Notes: generated by a model from the letters alone, not told the origin. DNA of 63,514 bases, filler included, from Craspedostauros australis (GCA_030167865.1; 21 parts of 21 records of this genome joined end to end with filler, not necessarily neighbours in it); one strand, 5' to 3'; positions 1 through 12,626 are shown, counted from the whole stretch's first letter. Program-made: numbers and translations.

Positions 1-612
1 TTGCTTGCCATCCTTGGGAAGACCCCAACTGAGAGGACTGCAACAGAGGCATTGTTCATCGAAGGCTTGTACAAAGGGGACCATACCCTTGTGACGGTTC
101 CAAACAAGAGGAGAAGCTGCGTCGTGTGCAATCAGCAAGTCACATCATATTGCACAGGATGTCATCTGACAGTCTGCGGAGTGGGCACACCGACAAAGTC
201 TGCATGGATGGAGAAGTGNNNNNNNNNNNNNNNNNNNNNNNNNNNNNNNNNNNNNNNNNNNNNNGGGGTCCTGGAGATTCCCAACACATGCCACCACATC
301 CTGCATAGCAGAGACACCAAATGGTGCACGAAGGTTGGGAAAGGATTGAAGAAGGCCGCTCAACCTGCAGTCGTGGCAGTTCAGAACAGTCACAAACCAG
401 CTGAAGAAGCTGGAACAGATGGCAGGGCAGCGGCAGCAGCAGTAGCACAAGTAACCCAAGAGGGTGGAGATGACGAACAGGGTGAAGAAGAATCGCAAGC
501 AAGGAGGGAGGCAGACAACAGGAAGGCTGCGGCAGAGATGAAGAAACGAGCGGCAGCTCAATTTGCCGCTGAACAGAAGGCTCGCAGCAAGAAACGACAC
601 CGCACAACCTGA
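1..612 (+). mobile_element. C-terminal part of a piggyBac-like transposase (cysteine-rich domain), 5' truncated
   Basis: RRSCVVCNQQVTSYCTGCHLTVC...TCHHILH matches the CxxC-CxxC-C-CxxxH cysteine-rich domain of piggyBac transposases. It ends in a basic NLS-like tail and contains an internal N gap. Confidence 0.6.
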
Positions 613-770
613 ATGCACTCCAGAGAGATCCGCGCCAACAGTAGGGAAAAGCAGCATCAATAGCATATCAGCTCACCTACGCAGATGCAACAGATCTGTG
701 CCAGAAGACAGACAATGACACGAAAATCAAACGGATTATGAACGCGAAAGGCAAACTACGGAAATGAAAT

Positions 771-884
771 TAACACGTGAATACACGCGAAAGGCGCAAC
801 ACAAAAATCAAAAATAACACGTGGATACACGCGAAAGGCATAACACAAAAATCAAAAATAACACGTGGATACACGCGAAAGGCA
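771..884. repeat. 44-bp tandem repeat, about 2.6 copies, possibly a transposon subterminal repeat
   Basis: The unit TAACACGTGGATACACGCGAAAGGCATAACACAAAAATCAAAAA starts at 771, 815 and 859, downstream of the transposase ORF. Confidence 0.85.
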
Positions 885-1261
885 GATGAACCAAATGCTC
901 TCGACTGAGATCGTAAGAATTATAAACTCGAGAAAACAAAGAAAACAACAAATACAATTTGTAAACGCAAAGTAGCGAAAAAAATCGCAAGGTTACTATA
1001 GAGCATCTCATGATCAGGAAAACAATTTGAGCAAATTGGAAACAATCCATCGCAACATCTCAACAAAAAAAAATGGGATCGCCCCGCAGGAGATCCAACA
1101 CAACACAACTCTCTATTCCTCACGGAAACCAAAAAATGAAACACTTGCCACACCAAACCAAAAAACAAACGATGGTGTCACAAGTCATGCTAAAAAATGA
1201 CAAGAAGATGATATTGCATTGAAATGAATCTATACACTATTCAGTGAATGGCCACCTATCA

Positions 1262-3020
1262 ATGTGGATGCTATTGTGGAGCTTGGACACGGACGGCATG
1301 CTTGGATCGATGCGACTGTGTTTGTCGATGTGATGCTGTTGGAGAGCATGGACATGGACAGTATGCTCCAATCGAAGTGGATGTGGCTGTCGATACTGTT
1401 GTGGAGTATGGACATGGACAGTATGCTCCAATCGAAGTGGTTGCCGATGTGATGCTGTTGGAGAGCATGGACATGGACGGCATGCTTCAATCGAAGTGGA
1501 TGTGGCTGTCAATGTGATGCTGTTGGAGAGCATGGACATGAACGGCATGATTGGATCGAAGTGGATGTGGTTGCTGATGCGATGCTGTTGGAGAGCATGG
1601 ACATGGACGGCATGATTGGATCAATGTGGATGTGTTTGTCGATGTGATGCTGTTGGAGAGCATGGACATGAACGGCATGCTTCAATCGAAGTTGTTGTCA
1701 ATGTGATGCTGTTGGAGAGCATGGACATGAACGGCATGATTGGATCGAAGTGGATGTGTTTGCCGATGCGATGCTGTTGGAGAGCATGGACATGGACGGC
1801 ATGATTGGATCGATGCGACTGTGGTTGCCGATGCGATGCTGTTGGAGAGCATGGACATGGACGGCATGATTGGATCGATGCGACTGTGTTTGTCGATGCG
1901 ATGCTGTTGGAGAGCATGGACATGGACGGCATGATTGGATCGATGCGACTGTGGTTGCCGATGTGATGCTGTTGGAGAGCATGGACATGGACGGCATGCT
2001 TCAATCGAAGTGGATGTGGTTGCCGATGCGATGCTGTTGGAGAGCATGGACATGGACAGTATGCTCCAATCGAAGTTGTTGTCGATGCGATGCTGTTGGA
2101 GAGCATGGAGAGCATGGACATGGACAGTATGCTCCAATCGAAGTTGTTGTCGATGCGATGCTGTTGGAGAGCATGGACATGGACGGCATGCTTCAATCGA
2201 AGTGGATGTGGCTGTCAATGTGATGCTGTTGGAGAGCATGGACATGGACGGCATGCTTCAATCGAAGTGGTTGTCAATGCGATGCGATGCTGTTGGAGAG
2301 CATGGACATGGACAGCATGCTTCAATCGAAGTGGATGTGGCTGTCGGTGCGATGCTGTTGGAGAGCATGGACATGGACAGTATGCTCCAATCGAAGTTGT
2401 TGTCGATGCGATGCTGTTGGAGAGCATGGACATGGACGGCATGCTTCAATCGAAGTGGATGTGGCTGTCAATGTGATGCTGTTGGAGAGCATGGACATGA
2501 ACGGCATGATTGGATCGAAGTGGATGTGTTTGCCGATGCGATGCTGTTGGAGAGCATGGACATGGACGGCATGATTGGATCGATGCGACTGTGTTTGTCG
2601 ATGTGATGCTGTTGGAGAGCATGGACACGGATGGCATGCTTCAATCGAAGTTGTTGTCGATGTGATGCTGTTGGAGAGCATGGACATGGACGGCATGCTT
2701 CAATAGAAGTGGTTGTCGATGTGGATGTCGATGCTGTTGGAGAGCATGGACACGGACTGCGTGCTTCAATGGGAGTGGATGTGGATGTCGATGCTGTTGG
2801 AGAGCATGGACATGGACGGCATGCTTCAATCGAAGTGGATGTGGCTGTCGGTGCGATGCTGTTGGAGAGCATGGACACGGATGGCATGCTTCAATCGATG
2901 CGGCTGTGGCTGTCGGTGCGATGCTGTTGGAGAGCATGTACATAGACTGCGTGCTTCAATCGAAGTGGATTTGGCTGTCGATGCGATGCTGTTGGCAAGC
3001 ATGGACATGGACTGCATCGG
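1262..3020. repeat. Minisatellite of about 28 units of 59-65 bp with a constant core
   Basis: The core GATGCTGTTGGAGAGCATGGACATG recurs every 59 or 65 bp, followed by a small set of alternative modules. Both ends are degenerate. Confidence 0.95.
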
Positions 3021-3304
3021 TCACTCTTTGGGGTTGGCTTCTCGCATCGATGTGGATGTGATGATGAGGGGCTGGGCTTTTCAGTTTGGTATTGTGCTGT
3101 TGATGTTGATGTTGTCATTGTCTTTGCTGTTGTGGTCACTTTCAGTGTCACTTTCATTTTCACTTTCGTCGTGGCTGTCGTCGTTGCTTTCGTAGTTGCT
3201 GTGCTGTCGGCTTTTCGTCTTCTGCCCATCCTGGTGCCTTGATGTGCAATGGACATGAACAATGACGCAAGCCCACACCAAAACAAGCCAAGTTCCTTGT
3301 TCTG

Positions 3305-3803
3305 GGCCACTCAAAACCGATGACTTTCATTGGCGCAGAAACCGGACACAACCGTCCAACCCAGAACCTGGATACCGCGAACTGTCGTTGCAGACACCAA
3401 AACGACTCTATTTACATAACGGAGTGTTTTCGCAGTTTTTTTCAACGCCTCGATGAAATTTGTTTGAAATTGAATGTAACATGTGGAAGACGTCTCATGC
3501 AGCTGGAAGACGATCAAAACACGACCGAGATGGACGCCGAGCGCAACCAGAGGAGAAGAATCGGAACCACCTCATCTACACGTGGAGGAGGGACGTCCTC
3601 TCTCATCTGTCAGTCTGAACGTCAACTTGCATGTAGACGTAGCAAAGCAACCATGAAGCCAACTGTACTAAAGTAATAAATCAGAAATATATGCATGACT
3701 ATTACCATTATCAATCTTCCACATGCTTAGAAGAAGTATAGACCAGCTATTGTCGAAGGAGAGGCATTGGTGTATTATTCATGCTCACATCAAGTGCTGC
3801 ATG
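3305..3803 (+). repeat. Interspersed repeat, probably a non-autonomous transposon; second copy at 40965-41462
   Basis: About 500 bp align with high similarity to the reverse complement of 40965-41462. Both copies run into contig ends. Confidence 0.9.
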
Positions 3804-3903
3804 NNNNNNNNNNNNNNNNNNNNNNNNNNNNNNNNNNNNNNNNNNNNTTAATTAATTAANNNNNNNNNNNNNNNNNNNNNNNNNNNNNNNNNNNNNNNNN
3901 NNN
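3804..3903. other. Artificial contig linker (N44-TTAATTAATTAA-N44), first of 20
   Basis: Identical 100-bp linkers with stops in all six frames start at 3804, 5877, 9985, 22179, 23932, 25148, 27463, 29857, 35940, 38853, 41463, 44383, 47199, 49140, 50666, 51825, 53794, 55137, 56771 and 58756. Confidence 0.98.
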
Positions 3904-4206
3904 CTCGCTCTCCGCGAGATGGGCATTCCCATCGACGGTCCCAGCTGGATGTTTGGTGATAACCAAAGCGTGATCACCTCGTCCACTGTGCCCATGAGCA
4001 TGCTGTCCAAGCGGCACAATGCTCTCGCCTACCACAGGGTCCGCTCCGCAGTCGCTGCCGGGGTACTCTACTTCGTCAAAATACACGGCTCACAAAATGT
4101 GGCCGACATCATGACCAAGTTCCTCCCATGGGCGTCCTTCTGGCCCCTCGTCAAGCCCCTGCTCTTCTGGAAAGGAGTCAGCATCCCTCAAGGTCACGGC
4201 ACCTGA
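3904..4206 (+). mobile_element. Ty1/Copia (CoDi-like) pol C-terminus, RNase H domain, 5' truncated
   Basis: GDNQSVI...LSKRHNALAYHRVRSAVAAG...NVADIMTK is the Copia RNase H signature. The PLLFWKG ending is typical of diatom Copia elements. Confidence 0.92.
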
Positions 4207-4239
4207 ACTGCTACCTACATCGAGACACACTTTGGGGAG

Positions 4240-4862
4240 TATTAGCTCAAACTAGTATTCCCATTAGTCGTGTTAAGATTTAGTCTAGTTAGTCAACTGT
4301 CCGACTGCTCAGAATGTTTGAGCGGGATTGAAGCGTGACTCGATGTCAGTGGGATGGGGTCCCACGGGGTCCCACCCCACGAATCGTGCTCGACCTAGGA
4401 CGAAATCGCTCGTCTGACCAATTTGGGGATTGAGCGATCGTGCCGCCCCACACCACTTATGGGTGTGACATGGGTTGTCCTGGATGGACAAACGTACCAG
4501 ACCGTTGAAAGAACATCATTCCCCAAAAGCGATCGGAAGAGAGTGAACAACAAACTCTCTCTCCGACCATCACGAAATTGATGTCTCCTCTCTCGAATGG
4601 CAACATCGACACCGCGATGATTGCACGTGGGAGACTCAACGCTCCACTATACCACTACTAATAGAGATGATGCAGATCCAACTCTAATGGATGCTGCTCA
4701 TCACCTGCTCACAATCCTTTTGAAAGTCTCATTTGGATTCGTATCAGCTTTTAAGACTAAGACACACACCCACACACAAACTCATCAACCTACTGCACTA
4801 CCACGGATTGATCACCCTTCGGCGTACAGTAAGTTACCCTCGTTTTCAATATCGTTCTATCA
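4240..4862 (+). mobile_element. Probable 3' LTR of the Copia element
   Basis: A short purine tract GGGGAG (4234-4239) follows the pol stop. The putative LTR starts TATTAG and a candidate end CTATCA lies at 4862, giving an imperfect terminal inverted repeat. The right boundary is inferred. Confidence 0.5.
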
Positions 4863-6516
4863 GTTCTCGCAGAGCCACTCCGCAGTTTTGTGGCGCACCA
4901 GAAACGATTCTTCTGGGAATGTGTATCGACACGCACAAAGCACTCCGGAATTCGTGAGCGCAGTGTCTGGTTTGGTTTTGTTCCACACGGTTTCTACCAA
5001 AACACCACATCTCATGTCTGTCTGTCCACCGAAATCAGAAGTAGAACAGAGCGATTCTTTGTGTGCGACATGGAACAGAACCAGGAAAAGGAATGAAACG
5101 TGATCAAGAAAAGAGCAAAATGAACTCACAAACTTCCACAACAACAACAAGACTCCGAAATCCTCCAGAAGAGGCGCAACGCGCGGCGACTCGGCAACTC
5201 GGCAACTCAGCAACTCGAGCACAGCAGAGCACAGCAGCGTACATCAGGAATGTGCCGTGGTCGCCACCGGTCGACTTTGATTCGCAGAATGGGAACCTTA
5301 TCCTCCTGCACCTATCTTGTCACAGAGTCTCGTGCCCCTTGTATGATATGAGAGACCACACGTGGAACGCGCGAGATCATGGTGCGACGAACCCGGCAGT
5401 GATCACAGTTCCCGCGCTCATGAAGTACTACCAGCATCAGCAAAGGCAAAAGTAGCATCCCACTATACCTGGTGGAATATGCTGATAGCTCTGCACCTTC
5501 ATCCCATCCTAATGTCGTATGGTACGGCGCAGTGCGCGTACGTTCCATCGCATTCTGATGCAGTTTTGCTCCTCCACACCTGTTCCAAGTCCACCGCGAG
5601 AAACTGCGTTCAATCAATTGGGGCCAAAAACAGCCGAAATGTGTGCCCGTTCGCACGACTGTAGACACGTCTGAGGGCGGCTTCGAGTGCCTTGCTGTGA
5701 GTCCGTCTGAGAGAGGAAAAAAGAACATTTTCGCCGCTCGCCAACATCAAATTTGGAGTCAGTGATGAGTCGCATCCATGTCGCATCCCAACAACTGAAT
5801 CTAATGCACGATACAACACGACAGAATAGGTACCTTCATGACCTCCTAACCCATCCAATATACGTTTTAAGAATGTNNNNNNNNNNNNNNNNNNNNNNNN
5901 NNNNNNNNNNNNNNNNNNNNTTAATTAATTAANNNNNNNNNNNNNNNNNNNNNNNNNNNNNNNNNNNNNNNNNNNNTGGATACCATACGATAAATGCATG
6001 AGAACATGATCGAACTTTCTGCGAAACAACTAGGAATTTCATGGGGATCGACCCATACGACTTCAGAAAACCTTTGAATATGCATAAAACTTAAAATAGG
6101 ATCTATCTCAAAAATGTAATGGTTAATTATTTATAAGGAGAGGTGGGAGAATACGATTATATGCTTGGTTTGGATCTACTGAAAAAATGTTATTGAGTCC
6201 CGTAACAAAGTGCAGGTCGACTCACTAAGGCGGCTCATAACACTCAATTCTCCAAAGGGACTGCGACTGTTCCAAGTACGAATACTTCAAAGAATAAAAC
6301 ACTAACCCAACATTCTCCATGAACATGAACATGAATGAGCACTTGGATATCTGCACTCATATCAACATGCTATGCTTGCACAAGTATGAAAAACGAATTC
6401 GCAGTCGAGTAGGGCTGGGTTGAGCACTCTGCTTGGGGAGTGTCATACTCTAGCATACTTGTCGTCCGAATATTCTGTTTTTACTCCCAGTACAGCTGCC
6501 GTCGCTGCTGCTATTG

Positions 6517-7389
6517 CTACTCCTGCGCTTGCGGCATCGTCCGCACCGATGCAGATTTGTAGCTGAGGTACACATTCCACGCCAGCGCGACCATGTTGCC
6601 ATACAGCACCTGATACTTGAGTGGCACGAAGCTGAAATTGACACACATGGCCGGTATCCACAGGGACCAGCCAGCAACCACCATTTCCGGAGCATTCTGC
6701 TTGAGCTTGGTGGCGATATGGGCCGGCAGATCTCCTTCCAGCGCCCACAAACCCGTCAGGAACGAGGAAAGGAAGATCGGCGCAAACACGAACTGATCCA
6801 TGACGACCCGCTTGAAGACGATCGGCCATGTCGGTGATGAGACGGTGCTCCCGCCCTTGGCAATGGCCGTCGCTGCCGGCGCAGACGGAATAATGCGAGT
6901 GGACAGAGCGGTGTACCACGCGCTCGTCACGGGGGCGACCCACAAGGTACCGAGCAGCACGAACCTCGCCGTGCGCACCCAATCCCACGGTGGGGTGGAC
7001 GACTGGTTGTCTTCGTCATCATCGATAAAATTCCTTGATATTCCCTGACAGATGAGATCCGCCGAGCCGGAAATGAGGCCAGAGCTGATGCACTTCGTCA
7101 GCATCGGGTGCGTCTCGAGCTTCTGCGCGTACCATGCGAAGAAACTCGATCGGCCGGTTTGCGTCGATTGTTGCGACTGTCCGGACGATCCTGACATCGC
7201 CTCTGCTGAAGAATTCGTCTTCTTTGGCCTGCGGATGCTTGTCTTGGTTTGGGCGCCGGTGGTACTGGTAAGACCGCGCTTCGTTGCCGCTGCCGCTGTC
7301 GTCAGTGGCAGTGGGAATGACCGTGGCACTGGCAGTCTCCATGACACTGACTGATACAACTGAAGCGCATTGGAGAACTGACGCAACAT
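6517..7389 (-). CDS. Mpv17/PMP22 family membrane protein
   Basis: WYAQKLETHPMLTKCISSG...DLICQ, DWVRTARF, KRVVMDQFVFAP, W.PAMCVNFSFVPLKYQVLYGNMVALAWNVYLS. The start MLRQFS at 7389 was chosen because it resembles a mitochondrial presequence. Confidence 0.92.
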   Translation of the reverse strand: MLRQFSNALQLYQSVSWRLPVPRSFPLPLTTAAAATKRGLTSTTGAQTKTSIRRPKKTNSSAEAMSGSSGQSQQSTQTGRSSFFAWYAQKLETHPMLTKCISSGLISGSADLICQGISRNFIDDDEDNQSSTPPWDWVRTARFVLLGTLWVAPVTSAWYTALSTRIIPSAPAATAIAKGGSTVSSPTWPIVFKRVVMDQFVFAPIFLSSFLTGLWALEGDLPAHIATKLKQNAPEMVVAGWSLWIPAMCVNFSFVPLKYQVLYGNMVALAWNVYLSYKSASVRTMPQAQE

Positions 7390-7948
7390 CTTCTGACTCC
7401 TGCGTGTCACCGTGACTGTGAATACAAGCGCAACTGCGTGAGTGTGAATGCGTGAGTGTGAATGCGTGAGTGCGTGAATGAGGGTGTTGATGATTGTGTG
7501 AATGAGGGTGCTGATGATTGTGTGATCGTTCTTGTGTGTTGAAACGTCAGGTTTGTTCACCTTCCTTGCGATTGGAGGCTGCAGATGTTGGCATCATCAT
7601 CGCACGTCCTGGCAGCAATGACTGCCACAGCGATGAGTGGACGGAAATTCTGACTTGTTGTCCATTCCGGAGAGATGAGTGTGGTAAACCTAATTTTGCC
7701 GCAACTCCGAAACCGTGGATCCAAAGAAAAACGTCAGTCGGAACATTCTCTCCACGCATCTGATCTGCAATGCACACAACAACATGACGCAAACGTGAAG
7801 ACTCGAAGAACAGCGGGTATCGGTATGCGTCATCATCCTCATCCTCATCGGAACATGCTTTGTCATTCCACAACTTTGCCAAGAGAGACAGACACACTCA
7901 TCCTCGCACTTGTACTCGTACCAATAGCAACCAACATCGCCTGGAACA

Positions 7949-9576
7949 ATGAGGATATCAGCACGTTGCACAGGAAGCCTGCTTACGGCATTTGCATGCC
8001 TCGCAACGACGGATGCGTTCACATTGCAGCAGCCCAACGTCGCCATCGGCGCACACAATCGCATTCGCCACAGTGCTATTCATGGACATGGACATGGCGC
8101 ACGCCTGACTCCGCTGGCAAGCAGCGCGTCCGCCACAGATGTGGGATCCACGAAGGCCGCCGTGAAGAAGCTGAAGCAAGTGCTGACCAAGGAGTACGTG
8201 TCTTTCTTCAACCCCATGGAACGATCCTACTACGCCGACGACGTCTCCTTCGAGGATCCTATGACTTCGTTGGCAGGCGTCGATTCCTACCAAAACAACG
8301 TGGACATGCTGGCATCCCGGACCTTGATGGGCAAGTTCTTGTTCGAAGGCGCCGGCATCAACCTCCATTCCATCTCCGGAGGCGAGGTTTCCGAGACTGG
8401 CAATATTTCCAACATCACAACGCGGTGGACGCTGCGCGTCACGGCCAAGGCGCTGCCGTGGAAGCCAACCGCGCGCTTCTCCGGTGTTTCCGTCTACGAA
8501 GTGTCGGTTGGCGGTGAGGAAGGCGTGGTAGTCAATCATCAGACAGATTACTGGGACTCCATCAACCTCTCCGAGAATGGCCAGTACACGAAGGTCGACA
8601 AGGGCATCGCCATCCAGGATTTCCTCAACCAGCTCAAGCCGGAAGGAGGCAATGCTGCGGCGGCCGGAAAGGAATTGCCGTACCAGCTGCTGAGGCGTGG
8701 AAACGGCTACGAAATCCGCCGGTATCCTGCCTGCGTGGTTGCAAAGGTACCGTACGATCGTCGCGATGAAGGGTACGATCAGCTCGCAGGTTTGACGCAA
8801 GGTACGTACGCGCGAGTGCTTGTGCTTTAGAGCACGTTGAGACGCTGTCGGATCCAATGCCGACGGCAGCATTGGCGGTTCGGTCATGCCTATCGGTGCA
8901 CTTCCACTCTCTTGTTGCCACCATTGCATGTCCCACTGTGACTGCCGGCATTGTCGCCGTCGGCATCATTTGCTCCTCTCCAATTTTGAACCAACTGCGA
9001 CAGAGGAACAAGCAGGCCAACTCGACTTCAACAAAAGTATGATACGATGCTCCACATCTCACACTTCAATCGGACTCCGCCGAATCCTGCGTCGTCGCGC
9101 CATGCCTCATTCGTATCTCTCCTACGGTTCTACGTACGCTTGGTGGCACCATCATTCGACGCACAGGCATGACACCGTTGGCCCCTGCCATTATGGAGGT
9201 CCCCAGCGACGACAGCATCACGAAAACGATGGGCTGGCCGTTGGCGTATGCAAAGCCAGGTGCTGCTGCCGATGACATCCCGACCGTCAACCCCGCTGTC
9301 GAGAAGCGAAGCAAGGGGTCGCTTTGGTCTGGCTGCGAAATTGACAGCATGCCTTCAAAAGTGATCGCTATTGGTTCGTTTTCCGATGCCAGCGTCGCGC
9401 CTGTCGTCCGCAAGGCCGACAAAGCGTTGCGTTCCTCTTTGCAGCGAGATGGAATCAAGGTTCCAGAAGGTTCGGACGCTTCGGTGAAGTTTGCGCAGTA
9501 CGACGCAGTTTACAGTTTGGGAAAGAGACGAGGCGAAGTCTGGATCGAGCTTGAAGATGGTGGCCACCCGTACTAG
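7949..9576 (+). CDS. DUF2358 (SnoaL-like) plus SOUL heme-binding protein, plastid-targeted; exons 7949-8801 and 9167-9576
   Basis: YADDVSFEDPMTSLAGVDSY marks DUF2358; PYQLLRRGNGYEIRRYP and FAQYD...RRGEVWIEL mark SOUL. The intron 8802-9166 (GTACGT...CAG) joins the two ORFs in frame (G+GC=Gly). The signal peptide ends TDA-F, like the diatom ASAF motif. Confidence 0.88.
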
Positions 9577-10084
9577 AATGAATTATATATACAAGTGCGA
9601 GGATACTAATGGATAAAAGTAAATAAGAGCTTTCTACTGGACGAAGAATCTGACAGCGGTTGTCCATACCAGTGTGTTATTTCAAACTCTCCTACTGGAA
9701 AAGGCATGGAATTGGAAGTAAACAACGGATTATGAGCTCAAGGCACGAGCCATTTACCTCTCATGTGGTCTCTACTCTGCTGCGTACGATTCAGCTGCAA
9801 GTGCCCAGTCTAACGCTCAAATAACCGGTAATAACGTCCGTATCTGCTTGGTCCCCTCGATATGCGGTGGCTCTGCTACTCGTCAGATCGTCTCATCTCA
9901 TCGGTGCTCTCGTTGATATGCATTCGTACGGTATGTACCTGCTGCATGTCCTCATGAATGGACACCACAGGGCGCTCATCCCATNNNNNNNNNNNNNNNN
10001 NNNNNNNNNNNNNNNNNNNNNNNNNNNNTTAATTAATTAANNNNNNNNNNNNNNNNNNNNNNNNNNNNNNNNNNNNNNNNNNNN

Positions 10085-10166
10085 CGTGGGGACGCAAACT
10101 GCACCTCCAATTTGCGTCCGGACGCAAGGTACGTAGGCCAGTACCAGGCCAAAATCATTAGGGATA
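10085..10166. mobile_element. Terminus of a TA-flanked TIR element
   Basis: Nearly the same sequence opens the contig at 22279. It ends ...AAAATCATTAGGGA followed by TA, and contains a GGACGCAAA...TTTGCGTCC inverted repeat. Confidence 0.6.
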
Positions 10167-10397
10167 TTCGTAGAAGTGCTCCGACGCTCCAGTCAAGGTG
10201 TTTTGATCACTTCCAACTGTGACGACACTCTCTGGAAACCACAATCGCGCTCCACCAATATCCAGGGATGTGATTCTACCATACTGAATTTGTTTGTGTT
10301 GGATTTTATTCTAGAGAGTGGAGTGTTTGTATTTGTCGTATCGTTTGCTCTTTCTTTGTGCGTCTCTCTGTCTCTCTCTCTCTGCCTAACGCAGGAC

Positions 10398-12626
10398 TTA
10401 GTCGACCTTGAGGGCGTTGTAGATGGCCTTTGTGAACCACAAGCTGGACAGGAATCCCACGGCTCCGCAGAAGAGACCGAAGAAGATGGAGATCATTCCC
10501 ATGTACGTGAGGTAGATGACGACTGGAAGCGTGCCGACCAAGTCCAGACGGCTGGACAGGAACCAGAGGCTGTAGACGTACAGGTAGAAACCGGCGGATG
10601 CGCAGTTCCAGAATGAACGCCACCACCAGCGGTGGTCCTCGGCGCAGAGCTGAAGGTAGCACAGCACGATGCTGACCTGGGCACAGGTGGCTGCGAGGAT
10701 GGCGATGACGGCAAGGAGGAATCCCATGACGTAGTAGATCTGGTGCAACCAAAGGGCGCTCATGATGAAGGCCAGCTCGATGCACACGCTGCCGAATGGA
10801 AGGATGCCTCCCATCAGGGCAGTGAGAGCTGGGTTCATGTGCCATGGAGCCTCCGGGACGATGCGAGCGATCTGGGTGGTCTTGGTTGGGACCTCGATGG
10901 TCTTGGCCTTGAGGCCGATGTACGATCCCAGGAAGACGAGCGGCGACGACACGCACACCCAGAGCAAGAAAAGCACGATGATGGTGAGGAAGGAGACCGC
11001 GGTGGCGGCACCGGCGACGCTGAGGAACATGTTGAGGACGGTGAAGATGGCCACGATGGCTCCCGGCAGCGCAGTGGCTGTCAGGATGGCATTCGTCTTC
11101 CACGCGGTGGCCTCGGTGAACTTGTAGATTCTGGCAGACACGTATCCTGCAACAGATCCACAGAGCACGTAGAGGAGGATCATGGATGTCAGCACCTGTC
11201 CCTTCTTGAGGGAGTTGGTGAGCTTGAAGATGGCACAGAGCATGGCAAGGATGAAGGCTGCGCCGATCTGGGCACCGGTTCCGACCGCGATGGAGAGGAT
11301 CATAGGAGATGTCTCTGGCTTGCGGAACACGTCGCCGTGCACCAGCTTCCAGCCGGTCTCCTCCTGCGCATCCTCGATGGACTGGATCTCGTTGTATCCG
11401 GCGATATCCTTGCGCAGGGTGCGGACCATGATGGTGGAGATGGCACCGGTCATGAAGAGGATGATCATGAGGGAGTTGACGATGGAGTAGTAGTGGATGC
11501 CGTCATCGGGAGAGCCGACGAGGTAGACATCCCAACGGTCTGACCAGGTGAGCTTGTCGTTCCTGACCCATGTGATGTCGTACGAGTACACGATTGGCAC
11601 AGGGCTGCCGTTGTCCTCGAGGGCGAGGTACTTGGAGGAGTCGTTCTCCACAGACATGCCGCTGCAGCTGGTGATCTTGTCGCGCTTGTCAACCTGCGTC
11701 TTTCCCGCCGGCATGTCGTGCTTGATGCTGACGGGGTGGACGTCGAATCCTGTGATGTGGTACCCGCCGCCCTCGACGTCGTCATTGTAGGTGACGGAGA
11801 ACTTCAAGTGGTTGTACAGGTAGATATCCTTGGACGGGCCTCCTCCCACGGGCGGAGACTTGAAACCCAGGGGGTAACCGCGGATGGCGTAGTTGTAGTT
11901 CTTGCTGCGCATGAGCACCGGGAGGGTGTCGAGCTGCAGCTGAACGCGGTACTTGCGCTCGATGAGCTTGCGCATGAACTTGAGCTGCTTTCCCTGCACG
12001 TTGACAGTGCACATGACGGAGCACTCGGTGTTGACGGCCACCTTGACGTCGAAGGGGGCTGGCTTGAGGTCGTATCCCTGCAGGCGGCTTCCGAGGTTTC
12101 TGCGTTGACGCTGCTTCTTCCTGATGGTGCCCTCCTCTGGTTGGGAGCAGTGAGGAAGGTGGTAGTACTCGTACGGGACTTGAGTGTTGCGGGACTCAAC
12201 TAGACCCGCATTGATCCAAACGAGCTCTCCGAAGTTGTAGATCTCCGGAGAGACGCCGGGGAAGAGGACGTTGGCCAGCGACACCTCGCGCTTGCGGATG
12301 AGGCCGCGCTTCTTCTTGTTGCGGAGGCGGTACTCGCGCAGCATCATGGCGCTCTCGGTGTTGGAGATCTCGTCGGCTCCCTTCATGCGCATCTGCTTGT
12401 ACTGCTCGAGCTCGGCCTTCGACACCTCCTTGCGTTCCTTGCGGTTGAGGCGCTTTCCGTCGTCCAGCTTCTGGGCCGTCGTCTCCATCAGCTTGTTGGA
12501 GTTCACGGCCAGCGGGCGCTTGTCCACCTTCTGCGTTGCTGCGGCCTTGGTGGCGGCGGCGGCGGTGCCTGCCGGTGATGACAATGCCAGCACCGCGGCG
12601 AGAAACAGCGATGAGAATCCACGCAT
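10398..12626 (-). CDS. Transmembrane 9 superfamily (nonaspanin/EMP70) protein
   Basis: Signal peptide, then YEYYHLPHC, YLYNHLKF, IHYYSIVNS, EETGWKLVHGDVFR, EDHRWWWRSF and a C-terminal KVD retention motif. 742 aa, intronless. Confidence 0.97.
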   Translation of the reverse strand: MRGFSSLFLAAVLALSSPAGTAAAATKAAATQKVDKRPLAVNSNKLMETTAQKLDDGKRLNRKERKEVSKAELEQYKQMRMKGADEISNTESAMMLREYRLRNKKKRGLIRKREVSLANVLFPGVSPEIYNFGELVWINAGLVESRNTQVPYEYYHLPHCSQPEEGTIRKKQRQRRNLGSRLQGYDLKPAPFDVKVAVNTECSVMCTVNVQGKQLKFMRKLIERKYRVQLQLDTLPVLMRSKNYNYAIRGYPLGFKSPPVGGGPSKDIYLYNHLKFSVTYNDDVEGGGYHITGFDVHPVSIKHDMPAGKTQVDKRDKITSCSGMSVENDSSKYLALEDNGSPVPIVYSYDITWVRNDKLTWSDRWDVYLVGSPDDGIHYYSIVNSLMIILFMTGAISTIMVRTLRKDIAGYNEIQSIEDAQEETGWKLVHGDVFRKPETSPMILSIAVGTGAQIGAAFILAMLCAIFKLTNSLKKGQVLTSMILLYVLCGSVAGYVSARIYKFTEATAWKTNAILTATALPGAIVAIFTVLNMFLSVAGAATAVSFLTIIVLFLLWVCVSSPLVFLGSYIGLKAKTIEVPTKTTQIARIVPEAPWHMNPALTALMGGILPFGSVCIELAFIMSALWLHQIYYVMGFLLAVIAILAATCAQVSIVLCYLQLCAEDHRWWWRSFWNCASAGFYLYVYSLWFLSSRLDLVGTLPVVIYLTYMGMISIFFGLFCGAVGFLSSLWFTKAIYNALKVD

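Noticed and set aside
1230..3017. Many repetitive ORFs in the minisatellite
   Set aside because: Unit lengths are not multiples of 3, so frames shift and stop constantly.
1262..3020. CRISPR array
   Set aside because: The apparent spacers are not unique but are variants of one sequence. There are no cas genes and the context is eukaryotic.
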